A stretch of 64,000 nt of DNA from Bacteroidota bacterium. GTDB taxonomy: Bacteria > Bacteroidota > Ignavibacteria > Kapaibacteriales > UBA2268. Below the pieces are notes generated by a model, which searched no databases, was not told the DNA's origin, and saw only the letters and a program-made list of their open reading frames with translations. Every line of letters begins with the position of its first letter. Within the stretch, counting starts at the first letter, position 1. Shown here piece after piece: positions 63,196 to 64,000 of this stretch. The stretch covers positions 7,357 through 71,356 of the forward strand of contig JAKIZO010000003.1 in NCBI GenBank assembly GCA_022707965.1, read 5' to 3'. Made by a program: the position numbers and the translations under genes.

Positions 63196-63774
63196 TTATG
63201 CATTTGCTTCTGCACTGATTTGAACACCACGAGGAACTTTGCATACTACAATGATTGTGTCCCCAGGAACTACAAATTCAATGCCTTCAAGAGACAAGTC
63301 ACGAATATGAAGCGATTTTCCTAAATCAAGGTTAGTTACATCAACTTCGAGAGCGTCAACTAAATGCTGAGGCAAGCATTTGATCGTTACTTTATGCAAT
63401 GATTGTTGTAATTTACCACCTTTACGAACACCAACGGACTGCCCTTTGACAATAACTGGGACTTCGACAGTAAGTTTTCTCACTGGATTAAGCCCAAGCA
63501 AGTCGAAATGGAGAATTTGGTCTGTAACGGGATGGAATTTCACATCTTTGAGAACGCAATCTTTTGTTTGTTCTTCGCCTTCAATTTGAAGCTTAATCAA
63601 TTTAGTTGACGAAGTATAAACAATGTTGCGAAGTGAAAGGAAATCAGTAGCAACAGGAATACCTGGTTCGCCATTGATATAATAAACGCCAGGAATAAGT
63701 CCTTCTTTGCGAATTTTATTAAGACTTGTCTTCCCAACTTCTCTTTTTTTAACTTTAAGAATAATTTCTTTCAT
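63196..63774 (-). CDS. rplY: 50S ribosomal protein L25 / general stress protein Ctc
   Basis: About 192 aa with the motifs R...GK...N.IRKEG.IPGV.Y and HFDLL. It lies directly downstream of prs, the conserved gene order. Confidence 0.9.
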   Translation of the reverse strand: MKEIILKVKKREVGKTSLNKIRKEGLIPGVYYINGEPGIPVATDFLSLRNIVYTSSTKLIKLQIEGEEQTKDCVLKDVKFHPVTDQILHFDLLGLNPVRKLTVEVPVIVKGQSVGVRKGGKLQQSLHKVTIKCLPQHLVDALEVDVTNLDLGKSLHIRDLSLEGIEFVVPGDTIIVVCKVPRGVQISAEANA

Positions 63775-63795
63775 AATGAACCTCATTTATAAAAT

Positions 63796-64000
63796 TTATC
63801 TTTCAATTTCAAACAGTGAGCTAATAGAACGATTGTCGTGAGTCCTGATAATTGCTTCTGCAAGCAATTCAGCAACAGAAACGATTTCGATTTTATCAGA
63901 ATGGCGTTTCAGTGGAATGGTATCAGTTACGAACACTTTCGAAACAGCGTCTGATGCATCTATTTTGTCCAGAGCATTACCTGAAAGAACTGGATGAACG
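63796..64000 (-). CDS. prs: Ribose-phosphate pyrophosphokinase, C-terminal fragment (gene continues beyond the window)
   Basis: The minus-strand translation VHPVLSGNALDKIDASDAVSKVFVTDTIPL...VSVAELLAEAIIRTHDNRSISSLFEIER matches the Prs C-terminus. The ORF is open to the window edge. Confidence 0.85.
   Translation of the reverse strand, partial: VHPVLSGNALDKIDASDAVSKVFVTDTIPLKRHSDKIEIVSVAELLAEAIIRTHDNRSISSLFEIER

Overview
This is a 64-kb, densely packed chromosomal window from an AT-rich bacterium. It carries hallmarks of the FCB superphylum: a SusC/SusD pair, a T9SS C-terminal sorting domain, two GWxTD-domain proteins and a Bacteroidota-type Cys-poor L33. Many genes nonetheless have clear AGGAG/GAGG Shine-Dalgarno sites, so I infer (not prove) an Ignavibacteriota/Kapabacteria-like lineage rather than classical Bacteroidia. 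I can support about 55 protein genes, one TPP riboswitch, several intrinsic terminators and a two-copy palindromic intergenic repeat. I saw no tRNA/rRNA genes, CRISPR arrays, transposases, integrases or phage or defence genes. Content is mostly housekeeping: dnaX, bcp, tatD, murQ, purH, rsmB, lpxK, rpmG, comEC, a 2-oxoglutarate dehydrogenase, ruvX, pdxA, rodA, an aroD-aroE/K-aroA cluster, rplY and prs. The most unusual gene-level feature is a tightly packed four-gene operon at 21.5-25.4 kb on the minus strand. It encodes a doubly membrane-anchored octaheme (Otr-type) cytochrome c, a cytochrome b and two YeeE/YedE sulfur-channel half-proteins, one fused to a Cys-less rhodanese domain. A perfect 18-bp inverted repeat abuts its start codon. 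Other points worth a second look:
- an in-frame TatD/OMP-like fusion or nested gene
- a one-base frameshift in an Ig-like lipoprotein
- an actinobacterial-style E2-E1 fused 2-oxoglutarate dehydrogenase
- a TPP-riboswitch-controlled TonB receptor
- a SusC/SusD + secreted S1 protease + Na+-symporter neighbourhood that looks like a protein-utilisation locus
- an AroE-AroK fusion
All family calls come from reading motifs by eye. No database search was run.
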